DNA of 64,000 nucleotides from NCBI GenBank assembly GCA_034530875.2, contig JAVRCJ020000010.1, positions 179,505 through 243,504 of the forward strand. Direction: 5' to 3'. The first letter of the stretch is position 1. Each line of letters starts with the position of its first letter. Made by a program: the position numbers and the translations under genes. Of this stretch, positions 50,270 to 60,529 are shown piece after piece. Source of the DNA: Nostoc sp. DedSLP01. Lineage in GTDB: Bacteria > Cyanobacteriota > Cyanobacteriia > Cyanobacteriales > Nostocaceae. The notes under the pieces are model-generated. The model did no database searches. It saw only the letters and a program-made list of their open reading frames with translations, and was not told where the DNA came from.

Positions 50270-50350
50270 TGAGGAAGTGTGGGGAGTGTGGGGAGTGTGG
50301 GGAGTGTGGGGGGAAAGATTTCTTCCCCATCCTCCCACACCTCCCACACT
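50270..50350. repeat. GTGTGGGGA / CTCCCACAC 9-mer inverted repeat (hairpin) downstream of sat
   Basis: Tandem GTGTGGGGA units followed by complementary CTCCCACAC units. A similar structure lies at about 51655-51765. Confidence 0.7.
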
Positions 50351-50368
50351 CTCTATTTGCCCCATTCC

Positions 50369-51547
50369 CTAAACCGGCACTTGTATCCGCATTGCCCGCG
50401 CCAACTCTGCGGCTACTTCGGGACGGGAAAATTCTGGTGGAGGTAACTCACCGCGTCGCAGCATTTCCCGGACTTTGGTTCCTGAGAGGTGAATGCGTTC
50501 TTCTGGCTTGCTGGGACTGGTTTTAGTCGTCGCCATTTGCTTGGTACGGGTACAGTAGAAAGCGTGTTCAAATTTCATGGGTACGATGCCTAATTCAGCT
50601 GGCTCGAATTCATCAAAGATGTATTGAGCATCGTAAGTGCCATAATAATTGCCGACGCCAGCATGATCGCGACCAACGATAAAGTGAGTACAGCCGTAGT
50701 TTTTGCGGACTAAAGCATGGAATATTGCTTCGCGGGGGCCAGCATAACGCATTGCTGCGGGATTAATTGCCAAAATTACCCGGTCGTGGGGGTAGTAGTG
50801 TTCTAGCAAAATTTCATAACAGCGCATCCGCACGTCAGCAGGAATATCATCATCTTTGGTTGCCCCGACCAATGGATGCAAAAATAAGGCATCTACTGTT
50901 TCTAAGGCGCACTTTTGGATATATTCATGGGCGCGGTGGATGGGGTTGCGAGTTTGGAAACCAACAATCGTTTTCCAGCCATTTTCGCGAAACAGTTGCC
51001 GTGAGGCAGTGGGATCGATTTGATAAGTGGGAAACTGAGGATGGGCTTCGCGTTGTAATAGCCAGATATCACCAGCCAGATGTACTGAACCTTGGTTATA
51101 GATTACTTGAACGCCAGGATGATTTGCATCATCAGTACGGTAGACATTAATTGCCTCGCGGGTTTTGTCGTAGTGATATTTTTGCGTAAGTTGCAAAACT
51201 CCAACAAACTTCCCGGCAGGGTTATCTAGGCGAATTAAGCCACCTTCTTTGAGAGGAGAAGCTACTTCTTCGGCTACTGATAGCGTAACTGGTATTGACC
51301 ACGCACAACCGTTAGCGAGTCGCATTTCTGTTACAGTGCGATCGTAGTCTTCCTGGTTCATAAAACCCGTGAGTGGACTAAAAGCACCGATCGCAATCAT
51401 TTCTAAATCGGAAACGGCGCGATCGTCAAGTTGCACTCGCGGCAAAAACTCAGCTTTCGAGAGAAATTCCTCTCTTTGTTCTTCTGTGGCGATACGGTTA
51501 ACCAACTGTCCACCGTGGGGGGCAATGGCATCTGGATGGTGACTCAA
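50369..51547 (-). CDS. sat: Sulfate adenylyltransferase
   Basis: Motifs [21 protein letters not shown] and [10 protein letters not shown]. Confidence 0.97.
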   Translation of the reverse strand: MSHHPDAIAPHGGQLVNRIATEEQREEFLSKAEFLPRVQLDDRAVSDLEMIAIGAFSPLTGFMNQEDYDRTVTEMRLANGCAWSIPVTLSVAEEVASPLKEGGLIRLDNPAGKFVGVLQLTQKYHYDKTREAINVYRTDDANHPGVQVIYNQGSVHLAGDIWLLQREAHPQFPTYQIDPTASRQLFRENGWKTIVGFQTRNPIHRAHEYIQKCALETVDALFLHPLVGATKDDDIPADVRMRCYEILLEHYYPHDRVILAINPAAMRYAGPREAIFHALVRKNYGCTHFIVGRDHAGVGNYYGTYDAQYIFDEFEPAELGIVPMKFEHAFYCTRTKQMATTKTSPSKPEERIHLSGTKVREMLRRGELPPPEFSRPEVAAELARAMRIQVPV

Positions 51548-51876
51548 CGTAGATCCCCTCTTGCAATAATTGCTATTGTTTCAGACTATGTACTAACTTA
51601 CCAAATGCTGGTACAAAAGATTCTGGACATTGGGCAAAGGGCATCGCGAGAGGATGGGGAGCAGGGGAGATAGGGAAGTGTGGGGAGTGTGGGGAGATAG
51701 GGGGGAAGATTTCTTCTCCATCTTCCCCATCCTCCCACACCTCTCACACCTCCCACACTCCCTGCTTGCCCCATGCCCAATGCCGACCAATAATAAAAAC
51801 TCTCCAAACATCCGCATATTACCAGATGTAGCAAAGCATAATAACGGAATAACAGCGGTGACAGGAATGTAACTCG

Positions 51877-52593
51877 ATGGTTGAAGAAAATGGATCGATT
51901 CGGACATTATCGGTTGATATTGGCGGTAGTGGTGTTAAGGCGATGGTTTTGAATATTACGGGAAATCCAATAACCGAAAGAGCGCGTTTAGATACACCCC
52001 AACCTGCAACCCCAGAGGTTGTAATTAATGCAATTGCTGTGTTAGCTGCTGCTCAAGGTGAGTTTCATCGCGTTTCGGTAGGTTTTCCTGGTGTGGTGCG
52101 GTGTGGAGTCACGGAAACAGCGGTAAATTTGCATCAAGATTGGATTGGCTTTGATTTAGAAACAGCATTATTCAAACGCTTAAACAAGCCTGTACGGGTG
52201 ATTAATGATGCAGATATGCAAGGGCTTGGGGCGATCGCAGGTAAAGGTGTAGAATTAACGATCACTTTAGGTACGGGGTTTGGTTCGGCTTTATTTGTCG
52301 ATGGAAAGCTGGTACCGAATATGGAAATGGGACATCATCCATTTCGTAAAGGAGAGACTTTTGAGGAACAATTAGGACGCGCCGAGTTAGAAAAAATTGG
52401 CGAGAAAAGATGGAACAAGCGTTTAGAAAAGGCGATCGCATCTTTGCAACATCTGTTCAATTATGATTACTTATATATTGGCGGTGGTGAAGCTGTAAGA
52501 GTAAATCTTCAGTTGCCCTTAAATGTCAAACTGATCCCCAATATCACTGGTTTATTAGGCGGTATTGCTTTGTGGCGCGATGAGAAAAAGTAA
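51877..52593 (+). CDS. ppgK: ROK-family polyphosphate glucokinase
   Basis: Motifs VDIGGSGVK, NDADMQG, TLGTGFGSA and PNMEMGH. From recall it resembles the Anabaena polyphosphate glucokinase. Confidence 0.82.
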   Translation: MVEENGSIRTLSVDIGGSGVKAMVLNITGNPITERARLDTPQPATPEVVINAIAVLAAAQGEFHRVSVGFPGVVRCGVTETAVNLHQDWIGFDLETALFKRLNKPVRVINDADMQGLGAIAGKGVELTITLGTGFGSALFVDGKLVPNMEMGHHPFRKGETFEEQLGRAELEKIGEKRWNKRLEKAIASLQHLFNYDYLYIGGGEAVRVNLQLPLNVKLIPNITGLLGGIALWRDEKK

Positions 52594-52630
52594 AAACTTT
52601 TGGTTTTTTCATCAATAAATTTTGGAACTT

Positions 52631-52730
52631 TACAGCAGTTTTCATGTATTGAGACCAAAATCTTGTTTCTTGCTTTGTTCCTTTGCGCAAGATAAAAATA
52701 ATGTAATTCATTTACCTGAAAATTGCTGTA
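52631..52730. mobile_element. Short MITE-like element (TA-ended, IS630-like ends)
   Basis: TACAGCAGTTTTCATGTA and TACCTGAAAATTGCTGTA (2 mismatches). Confidence 0.6.
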
Positions 52731-53415
52731 AACCCAATATTAGGGCAGGTTTTTAAAGCTGCTCCTGTTCCCTCTTTTTTGTTCCCTACCAGAAGGGTAT
52801 GGTAAAACCACATCAGATTCCGGCAAGCAGCATGTATCCATCAAGATAACATTCAGCAAATAAGATTTGATAACTCACTCCCAGGGGAGACAAATTGTTC
52901 AGAATCGGGAGTTTATCCTTCTTACCAAATATTAAAGTAATTAAGGCTGAAAAAGTTTACTAAGTCAACTCAGTAAGATTTTGCCTTGCAGTAGAAAAAC
53001 AAAAAACCAACATTAGTATACCAAGTAAGGGCCAAAGATAAGTAGATAAATTTGTTTCATAGTATTCCCATGCGATGTATAGTATGTTATTGTCTAAACC
53101 ATTGATTTGTATCAAATCAGGCTAATTACTGGATTGTTAGAATCTCTGTGCGTCACTTCGTCAGCCTAAATGATAAGTCTTGAAGCAGACATAATATTAC
53201 ACAAAATGTCTGACAATTTGATAGCTCGAACGAAGATAAAAAAAGCACAAAGCCTAATGAGATTTACTCTGAATTAACCCGAATAGGAGGTAAAAAAATT
53301 AAGATTTATCTGAGAAATGACTACATAATTTTTTGATTTGAACGGTATGCGGTATCCCGGATAGCATTACTGTTATTTGTTAAAAGAAATATTGGTCTCA
53401 ATCAAATGAACAACA

Positions 53416-53955
53416 ATGACTGAAATTGGCCTGATGATGACGGGCATGTTAACAGCAAGACAAGCATCTGGGGCTAATTTGCCAGAACAGCAATTATTTC
53501 AGATGGAAAATGGCTTAAACAAGTCAACACAGAGTCAGCAAGAGATAACTGCTCAAGTCACACCACCTGAATTCATCCAGACAGATGCAACTTTGCACGC
53601 TTCTATCAAAGCGATCGCAATAGAAAAAGAACATACAATAAAAAAAATGTTTCTCGATCCTTCCGATATAGCACAGGCTAAAAAGTATTCTCAGTCTGTA
53701 GGGAAAGGCCGTACAAAAGCTAGGGGAAATTTCGAGAAATATAGTAGCCAATCTCTACCGACTCTGTATTTTGGTAGCTCTGGTATTGCTGTCAGAGCTT
53801 TACAACGGCTATTAGTATCAAATGGTTATATTGTTAAAGTTGATGGGATTTTTGGAGCGCTGACTGAGACTGCTGTCAAGGCTTTTCAAAACCAGCGAAA
53901 TTTAGCAGTGGATGGAGTCGTTGGTCAACGAACCTGGCGGGCGTTAACAATTTAG
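53416..53955 (+). CDS. Peptidoglycan-binding domain protein (PG_binding_1)
   Basis: C-terminal GSSGIAVRALQRLL...VDGIFGALTETAVKAFQ...DGVVGQRTWRAL. Confidence 0.88.
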   Translation: MTEIGLMMTGMLTARQASGANLPEQQLFQMENGLNKSTQSQQEITAQVTPPEFIQTDATLHASIKAIAIEKEHTIKKMFLDPSDIAQAKKYSQSVGKGRTKARGNFEKYSSQSLPTLYFGSSGIAVRALQRLLVSNGYIVKVDGIFGALTETAVKAFQNQRNLAVDGVVGQRTWRALTI

Positions 53956-54075
53956 TCATTGGTCATTGGTCATTAGTCATTAGTCATTGGTCATTTGTTA
54001 TTAGTTAATAATAAATGAGCCAAAAAGGAGAGAAGACTATAACTAATGACTAACGACTAATGACTAATGACTAAC
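53953..54075. repeat. STRR heptamers (TGGTCAT/TAGTCAT and complement) between convergent genes, probable bidirectional terminator
   Basis: T(A/G)GTCAT units at about 53953-53994 face complementary CTAATGA/CTAACGA units at about 54042-54077. Confidence 0.7.
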
Positions 54076-56491
54076 GATACTTATGTTGCTCTAATAGCTG
54101 TTGCGCTCTGGGCTTATAAATTAAGTAGAATAAAGCCTCAATGTAGCGCAACAAATCTTCGCGATTTTCTTTGGAAGTAAAATTCCAAAAGCCATAAATT
54201 CGTGCTAAAGATAGCAACTTACTAGTGTGAATTTTCCAAGTATAGGTACTGTAAACTCGGTCAATTGCTCGCTCAGAAATTTCAGTCCAGTAGTTAGGAT
54301 TCTGGTCGCATTTTGTGACAAAATCGACAATTCTTGTGGCTGTCTCTTCTAAATTTGTCGGGTTAATATAAAACCCATTCACCTTATTGTGAATAATTTC
54401 CAGCGGCCCGCCAAACTGCGTAGCAAAAGTTGGCAATCCAGAAATCATCGCCTCCAAAATTGTTAAACCGAAAGCTTCAAATAAAGCTGGTTGTACAAAA
54501 ATTCCTTGGCGATCGGCAATTACTCGGTAAATTTCACCAGAATCAGTTTTAGACAAGCGCACGCCCAACCAGCGAATTTTTCCGTGGAGATTGTACTCAT
54601 CAATTATGTGGTAAAGTTTGACGATTTCATCGCGTTCTTCGTTGTCGCCGGATTCTTCTACACGCAACTTACCTGCTACTAAAATTAAGTTGCAATGTTC
54701 TTGTAATTCTTTGCTTTGACCAAAGCATTCGGCTAAACCTGTGAGGTTTTTGATACGGTCGAGACGCGCCATTGAAAATAGCGGGCGTTTGTTAGGATCG
54801 TCGAGTTTGCCAAAGATTTGGCTGGGGTCTTCTAAGGTAAAGAGTGTTTCTGCAAGGCGTTGGCGATCGCTTTCTACTCTATCTTGAGTCCGGGTGTAAG
54901 GAAAGTAGTAACTTTCGTTGACTCCAGGCGGTACCACATTAAACTTAGGACTAAATAATTCAATCCCATTGGTTACGTGGTACAACTCGGGCATAGTGAA
55001 GCATTTATAAGATTCGTACTGTCCCACGCTATCGGGCGTGCCGACAATTTCTTGATAGGTGCTGCTAATAACGAAATTCGCAGCGTTCATCGCAATTAAG
55101 TCAGCTGTAAATTGCAAGGAAAAATGATATTTTTCTTCTAAATCTTGCCAGTAAAGGTTACTAAACAAGTATTTAGATTTTTCCAAAGCATGGGCAATAT
55201 TACATTGCGTTACTTTCATCCGCCGCGCCAGCAAAAATGCTACTAAATTTCCATCAGTATAGTTACCAACTATTAAGTCAGGTCTACCATGAAATTCTGC
55301 TCGCAGTTCTCTTTCGGAGTCAATAGCAAAAGTTTCCAGATAAGGCCAAAACTCAAACCGGGAAATCCAGTTTTGAGTCATATTAGGATTAAATTCCCGT
55401 AAAGGCACTCGCAAAATCCAGGCGTTTTCTGTACCGTGAACTTTTTCTAGTCGCTGATTACAAAGGGTACCATCACTATTAGGAATTAAGCGGCTGAGAA
55501 TAATCACTTTTGGCTGGACGTTCAATCCTTCTAAACCAGCTAGAAAAGCATCTTCTTGCAGCTGTTTTTCCAAACTTTTTGCCTGATCGAGGACGTAAAC
55601 TACCTGACCGCCAGTATCGGGACGTCCCAAAACGCCTTCTTGACCGAACCATCCGTGGGCTGACACCAGGACGATTCTAAAAATCATCGGTACTCGAGAA
55701 ATGAAAGCTTCTAGGGTCTGAGGATCGGGAGAATCAATCAATTCATCGAGAATATTTAGGGTTTCTCGCACGCGGGCTGCGGTATTACCCCAACCCGGTT
55801 CAAAACCCATTGCTTGCAACTGGAACCGAAATTTTTCATAGGCTTCATCATCGGGGCGATCGCTAACAAAACCAATCGCTTTCTTCACTTGGTCGGAAAG
55901 TTGCTGCTGGGATTGAATGCGATCGTTTACTAGCAATTGCATCCCATTGTATTGGTGCAGGCGCAAGAAATTCAACAAGCTTTCTAGCAACTGCTTGGAG
56001 TCTTGAAATATTTTGCTGGATAGATAGCGGTTGAGAAATTGTACTCCCTTACCAATATTTTTCGGGTCGCGGATGACTGGCGTGTAGTCATAAAACGGGC
56101 CGAAGTCCAATTCCAGTAAATCACCCTCGTTAGGATGGTATTTGTTTACCAGGCGATCGCGCAGATCCAGTAATTCCTGCACCGTCATTGGCTCAATGCT
56201 CAAGTCTGACGTCAACCAATATACTTCTTGGCTGGCAATTTTAGAACGGATGATAAAACAGAAGTTTGAGTCCTCCTGAATAATTTCCTGAGTATAGTAA
56301 ATAAGTTTACCTAAGTCAGAGTTAGTGTAAAAAGCCTCAGGTTTCTGGTACTTGGAGCAATATTCAGCATATACATTGAGTATGTCGTTTCGCAGCAAGT
56401 ACTTCTTTTCTTGTTGGCGTAATTCACTAATGAAGGAACGCAAATCATTTTTTTCTTCACTATCTAAGACTGCTTGGAGCAATTCAGACAT
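54071..56491 (-). CDS. susA: Sucrose synthase (806 aa)
   Basis: Start moved to ATG 56491 (MSELLQ). Motifs LGRPDTGGQVVY, HALEKSKY, MARLDRIKN and EAFGLTILEAM. Confidence 0.95.
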   Translation of the reverse strand: MSELLQAVLDSEEKNDLRSFISELRQQEKKYLLRNDILNVYAEYCSKYQKPEAFYTNSDLGKLIYYTQEIIQEDSNFCFIIRSKIASQEVYWLTSDLSIEPMTVQELLDLRDRLVNKYHPNEGDLLELDFGPFYDYTPVIRDPKNIGKGVQFLNRYLSSKIFQDSKQLLESLLNFLRLHQYNGMQLLVNDRIQSQQQLSDQVKKAIGFVSDRPDDEAYEKFRFQLQAMGFEPGWGNTAARVRETLNILDELIDSPDPQTLEAFISRVPMIFRIVLVSAHGWFGQEGVLGRPDTGGQVVYVLDQAKSLEKQLQEDAFLAGLEGLNVQPKVIILSRLIPNSDGTLCNQRLEKVHGTENAWILRVPLREFNPNMTQNWISRFEFWPYLETFAIDSERELRAEFHGRPDLIVGNYTDGNLVAFLLARRMKVTQCNIAHALEKSKYLFSNLYWQDLEEKYHFSLQFTADLIAMNAANFVISSTYQEIVGTPDSVGQYESYKCFTMPELYHVTNGIELFSPKFNVVPPGVNESYYFPYTRTQDRVESDRQRLAETLFTLEDPSQIFGKLDDPNKRPLFSMARLDRIKNLTGLAECFGQSKELQEHCNLILVAGKLRVEESGDNEERDEIVKLYHIIDEYNLHGKIRWLGVRLSKTDSGEIYRVIADRQGIFVQPALFEAFGLTILEAMISGLPTFATQFGGPLEIIHNKVNGFYINPTNLEETATRIVDFVTKCDQNPNYWTEISERAIDRVYSTYTWKIHTSKLLSLARIYGFWNFTSKENREDLLRYIEALFYLIYKPRAQQLLEQHKYR

Positions 56492-57005
56492 GGCAACTCC
56501 ACTGAATGACGATGTTTGCATTTTTAACTGTGAAGGCGAGACAAGCAAGCCTCTAGCTTTTGTTCCGCCGCGTGAAAAACAAAACAACACAGATAAATCA
56601 TAATTTATCTGTGTATCTAAAAGTATCTACTTTTCAGCAGTACTGAAATCATGTTCTACTTTACATAAAGTATCTATTACTCAGTATTTTTGGCTCCCAC
56701 TTAAGGAATACAATCGTTATTTCTTTTGATAGAGGTTGTTAAATAGTTGATACAATCATTAGATAATCAACTCTTACGATTGTTCGTATTTTGTCATGAA
56801 TTTTCTTTAATTTATTCATTCTACGATGGCTATGATTGTATTCGCTAATTTGCTGAAACAAAAGTTATTTATTATTGTTTAAACCTTAATCATTCACTTA
56901 AACTTAAATGAACTAAAATCAAGTTTTTATCTCAGATAGCCTTAAGGTTAATTCAGCCTAGCTATAATTTCAGCATGAACTTTTTGCAATCGGGTCGATA
57001 ATTAT

Positions 57006-57122
57006 ATGGCTGACGATACACATAACTTAACAACTTCTGACCACAGCATAGGCAACCTTATGCTTGTTTCTTTACTTGCCTTATGTGGGTTGACTTTTAT
57101 CATTCTTTTAGGCATTTTCTAA
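57006..57122 (+). CDS. Candidate 38-aa single-TM small protein
   Basis: MADDTHNLTTSDHSIGNLMLVSLLALCGLTFIILLGIF*, with a hydrophobic C-terminal half and a terminator-like hairpin downstream. It is below the ORF-track length cutoff. Confidence 0.5.
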   Translation: MADDTHNLTTSDHSIGNLMLVSLLALCGLTFIILLGIF

Positions 57123-57161
57123 AACTTGAGCATCCTTTACAAAACGCAACTCTTCAAGTTT

Positions 57162-57194
57162 AAATTCCCGATTTCCTCATAAGTCGGGAATTTT
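57162..57194 (+). terminator. Intrinsic terminator-like hairpin
   Basis: AAATTCCCGA...TCGGGAATTTT stem followed by a T-rich tract. Confidence 0.6.
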
Positions 57195-57637
57195 ATATTT
57201 TGTAGATATAGCATTTAAAATGAGTTCTGGAATTTTTTATTGAGTGAGGGAATAGGGAATGGGGAGTAGGGAATAGGAAAGAAGGATGAAAAATATAATT
57301 TGATTTTTGATCGGTGGTTTATCTCTGCTATATTTATTGGCGATCGCTTTTATATAAAACTTTTTAATTTGAAGTAACTCAAATAATTATTTAGTTCAAT
57401 AAAAGTTATATTTTAGTTTTATAAATTATTTATGAAGTAGGCTGTGTTACGGTTTTAGCCTCAGGCAAAGCTGTCAACAACCAAAAACAATGCGCAATTT
57501 AGACGCAGATTAGCTTCAAACAAGCAATTATACTTAAAATAGTAAATTTGCTTATATACATATAATTACTTATAAGCTAAATTAATGAATATCCTGGTTC
57601 GCTTTTATGGCTCTTTTAAGCCTATAAATTTAGTAAG

Positions 57638-57711
57638 GGCGAACGATGGGACTTGAACCCACGAATGGTGGTACCACAAACCACTGCCTTAACCACTTGG
57701 CTACGCTCGCC
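57638..57711 (-). tRNA. trnH: tRNA-His (GTG)
   Basis: Reverse complement folds as G-GCGAGCG TA GCCAAGTGGTTAAGGC A GTGGT-TTGTGGT-ACCAC CATTC GTGGG-TTCAAGT-CCCAT CGTTCGC-C. It has the G-1 and C discriminator typical of bacterial tRNA-His; CCA is not encoded. Confidence 0.96.
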
Positions 57712-57834
57712 ATTCAACAATTCCAATTATAGCAATTTTTTGGAAACTGAGCAAGAGTTTTTGGATAAGGAACGGACTAATTCCATTTAGAGTCTCTGGA
57801 CTCTAACAATTATAATGAATTTCATTGGGCAAAC

Positions 57835-58218
57835 ATGAAACAGCTAACCATCATCGCATATACTGGAGCAGCAGTAGGACTCGCCGCCTTAGGTGTGACA
57901 ATGGCGAAGACAAATCCTAGTCAGGTTGCGTATGAAGAATATGCAGTGCAACGGCTAGCAGGCTATTTAAAAACCGATGTATGTAAAAAAACCACAAATT
58001 TTATAGAAAATATAGTCCGTTTTAATTGTGAAAAGTTAGTAGATCGAGCTAACCCACAAATCCAGCAAATTATTAACAGAACCACAGAAAGGCAAAATTA
58101 CATTATTTTTAGCGTTTACCGTACAGATTTACAAATAAGTTCTTGGATGCCTTCTTACAGATTTGAAACGGTGGGAGCTTTCGATCGCTTTTATACTTAT
58201 ACTGCCGAACAGCAATGA
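57835..58218 (+). CDS. Conserved cyanobacterial protein (DUF4359-like)
   Basis: N-terminal hydrophobic segment, TNPSQ-x-x-YEEYA, TERQNYIIFSVYRT and ETVG. Confidence 0.7.
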   Translation: MKQLTIIAYTGAAVGLAALGVTMAKTNPSQVAYEEYAVQRLAGYLKTDVCKKTTNFIENIVRFNCEKLVDRANPQIQQIINRTTERQNYIIFSVYRTDLQISSWMPSYRFETVGAFDRFYTYTAEQQ

Positions 58219-58442
58219 GGTAAGAGGAAGAGGAAGCAGGGGGAGCAGGGGGAGCAGGGGAGGTAGGGGGAGAATAATTCTTAACTCCTAGCTCTTGTAA
58301 GGACTTGGGTTAACCCTTATCTTTACTCAGCACTTCTCACTTAACATGGGGTAAACCCCGCGCTTCGGGTAACAACACTTCCAATATCTAGTTGCTTTTA
58401 CGTAAAATATGAAAACTAGTTACTGAAAATTTAAGTTTGCCC

Positions 58443-59189
58443 ATGTCATCTGCATATCTATTGGTGTATCACGGAAGTAGCGATTCGCGGCCAGAAATTG
58501 CTATGCAGGAACTGGCAAGGTTGTTGCGTAATAAATTTGACAAAAATTCTGCTGGAGCAAATACAGAAGAACTGCTTGGTATAGCTGCTTTAGAAATGAG
58601 CCAAAAGCCTCTGCACGAGGAAATTAAACAATTTACTGAGACTGCTTTTAGCCGCAACAAAGCGTCTCATGATGAGAAACGCCTGAAAATCTTTCCTTTG
58701 TTTATGCTCCCTGGAGTGCATGTAATGACGGATATTCCTGCTGAAGTAGCTCTGGCACAACAGGCAACTGGTGAAGATATCATTATTGAATTGCAACCAT
58801 ACTTAGGTTCTCACCCAGGTTTGAAAAAATTGCTGGCAAAGCAAATTGCTAAAATAGAAGCGCAAGCATGGATTCTGTTAACTCATGGTAGCCGTCGCCC
58901 TGATTCTCAAAAACCAGTCGAAGCACTAGCTGCAAGTTTGTCAGCGGTAGTTGCTTATTGGTCTGTACCTGATAGTTTAGAATTACGGGTGAAAGAGTTG
59001 GTTGCTGCTGGCTATAAAAAAATTGGAATTTTGCAATATTTTTTATTCGCTGGTGGAATAACTGATGCGATCGCAGCTTCAGTAGAAAAGCTCAAATTAC
59101 AATTTCCGGCAGTGACTTTCCATTTGACAGAACCTCTAGGAATAAGTGCAGAATTAGCTGATTTAATTTGGGATTTAATACAAGAATGA
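58443..59189 (+). CDS. Sirohydrochlorin chelatase (CbiX/SirB family)
   Basis: Duplicated HGS motifs (YHGSSD, THGSRR), PLFMLPGVH and YFLFAG; overlaps cobA. Confidence 0.85.
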   Translation: MSSAYLLVYHGSSDSRPEIAMQELARLLRNKFDKNSAGANTEELLGIAALEMSQKPLHEEIKQFTETAFSRNKASHDEKRLKIFPLFMLPGVHVMTDIPAEVALAQQATGEDIIIELQPYLGSHPGLKKLLAKQIAKIEAQAWILLTHGSRRPDSQKPVEALAASLSAVVAYWSVPDSLELRVKELVAAGYKKIGILQYFLFAGGITDAIAASVEKLKLQFPAVTFHLTEPLGISAELADLIWDLIQE

Positions 59190-59965
59190 ACCGCACAGTC
59201 ACACAGAGGAGCAAATATTTGGCAAAGGTTTATTTAGTAGGTGCGGGGCCAGGAGATCCAGGACTAATAACTCTCAAGGCGAAAGGTTTATTGGAATGTG
59301 CGGATGTAGTCATCTATGATGCTTTGGTAAGTCCAGCAATTCTGGCTATGATTAATCCCCAAGCAGAGCAAATTAACGCTGGGAAGCGCAGGGGAAAACA
59401 TTCGCTCCTGCAAGAAGAAACAACTCAACTCCTGATTGAGAAAGCCCAGGATAATGCCATAGTAGTGCGGCTAAAAGGCGGCGATCCGTTTATTTTTGGT
59501 CGTGGTGGCGAAGAAATGGCAGAATTAGTCGATGCCGGAATTCCTGTAGAAGTTGTTCCTGGTATCACTTCGGGAATTGCTGCCGCTGCTTATGCAGGCA
59601 TACCATTAACGCATCGACTGTATAGCTCTTCAGTCACATTTGTTACTGGACACGAGTCAGCAGGAAAGTATAAACCCTTAGTTAATTGGAGTGCGATCGC
59701 CCACGGCTCGGAAACCATTGTGATCTATATGGGAATTCACAATTTGCCATATATTGTAGAACAATTAACTACAGCTGGATTGAGTTTAGAAACGCCCATT
59801 GGTTTAGTGCGCTGGGGTACGCGTCCCGAACAAGAAGAATTGATTGGCACATTGGAGACAATTGTCGAGCAAGTTGAGAAAACTGGATTTGGTGCACCAG
59901 CGATCGCAATTATCGGACAAGTAGTGAAGATGCACGAAATCTTATCTGGTTGTCGTCCAGTTTGA
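59186..59965 (+). CDS. cobA: Uroporphyrinogen-III C-methyltransferase
   Basis: Motifs VYLVGAGPGDPGL, RLKGGDPFIFGRGGEE and VPGITS; ATG 59186 overlaps the upstream stop. Confidence 0.95.
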   Translation: MNRTVTQRSKYLAKVYLVGAGPGDPGLITLKAKGLLECADVVIYDALVSPAILAMINPQAEQINAGKRRGKHSLLQEETTQLLIEKAQDNAIVVRLKGGDPFIFGRGGEEMAELVDAGIPVEVVPGITSGIAAAAYAGIPLTHRLYSSSVTFVTGHESAGKYKPLVNWSAIAHGSETIVIYMGIHNLPYIVEQLTTAGLSLETPIGLVRWGTRPEQEELIGTLETIVEQVEKTGFGAPAIAIIGQVVKMHEILSGCRPV

Positions 59966-60529
59966 TGCTTGCTGCCTATCCGAGAGCAATTTTCGCATCT
60001 TTCACCGCGACCATCAACGTCAGTGGCGCAAGGGCGATCGCCTTTATCAAACTTTACGATTTTAAGTATAAAAATATACTTAAAAAGTCTGAATAACAAA
60101 ATTTTTATTAAGAATTTTCTAGTTTTAGCGGGAATAAGTTATGCGTAATTTCAGTAATCTTAGCAACAGTATTTAACAAAATCATGCTAAAAATCAAGCT
60201 GTTATTTAACCGCATACTCGCCCAAATTAGATGATGGGGTAGACTCTGGCACAAGGGTAGGCTAGCAAAAACTCTAGGTATCGCTAACATTTACTTCTTG
60301 TAGAATGAGTATATTGTCTGTTCCCCGACAAAGTGTAATTTAAGTTAGCAATAATTGGGCGATCGCTGTTATTTTTGTAGTAATTGCGATTCTAGCGGCA
60401 ATTTGCTAGATATCAGCGTATTTTGGTATCGATTTGTCCACCCAAAGACAGTAGATGAACTTTTGTCTGAGTATCTATAAGGGATGAAATAGCTCTGCTT
60501 TCCAAAAAATTGAAAAGGAACAGATTATT

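Noticed and set aside
50269..51907. Short ORFs with CGECGECG or PHLPH repeats flanking sat
   Set aside because: These are translations of GTGTGGGGA / CTCCCACAC intergenic repeats, not ferredoxin-like proteins.
56492..56590. N-terminal extension of sucrose synthase
   Set aside because: ATG 56491 gives an 806-aa protein starting MSEL, typical of cyanobacterial sucrose synthase.
57200..57711. tRNA-His as the integration site of a genomic island
   Set aside because: No integrase, and no duplicated tRNA 3' end was noticed in the window; the flanking genes look like core genes.
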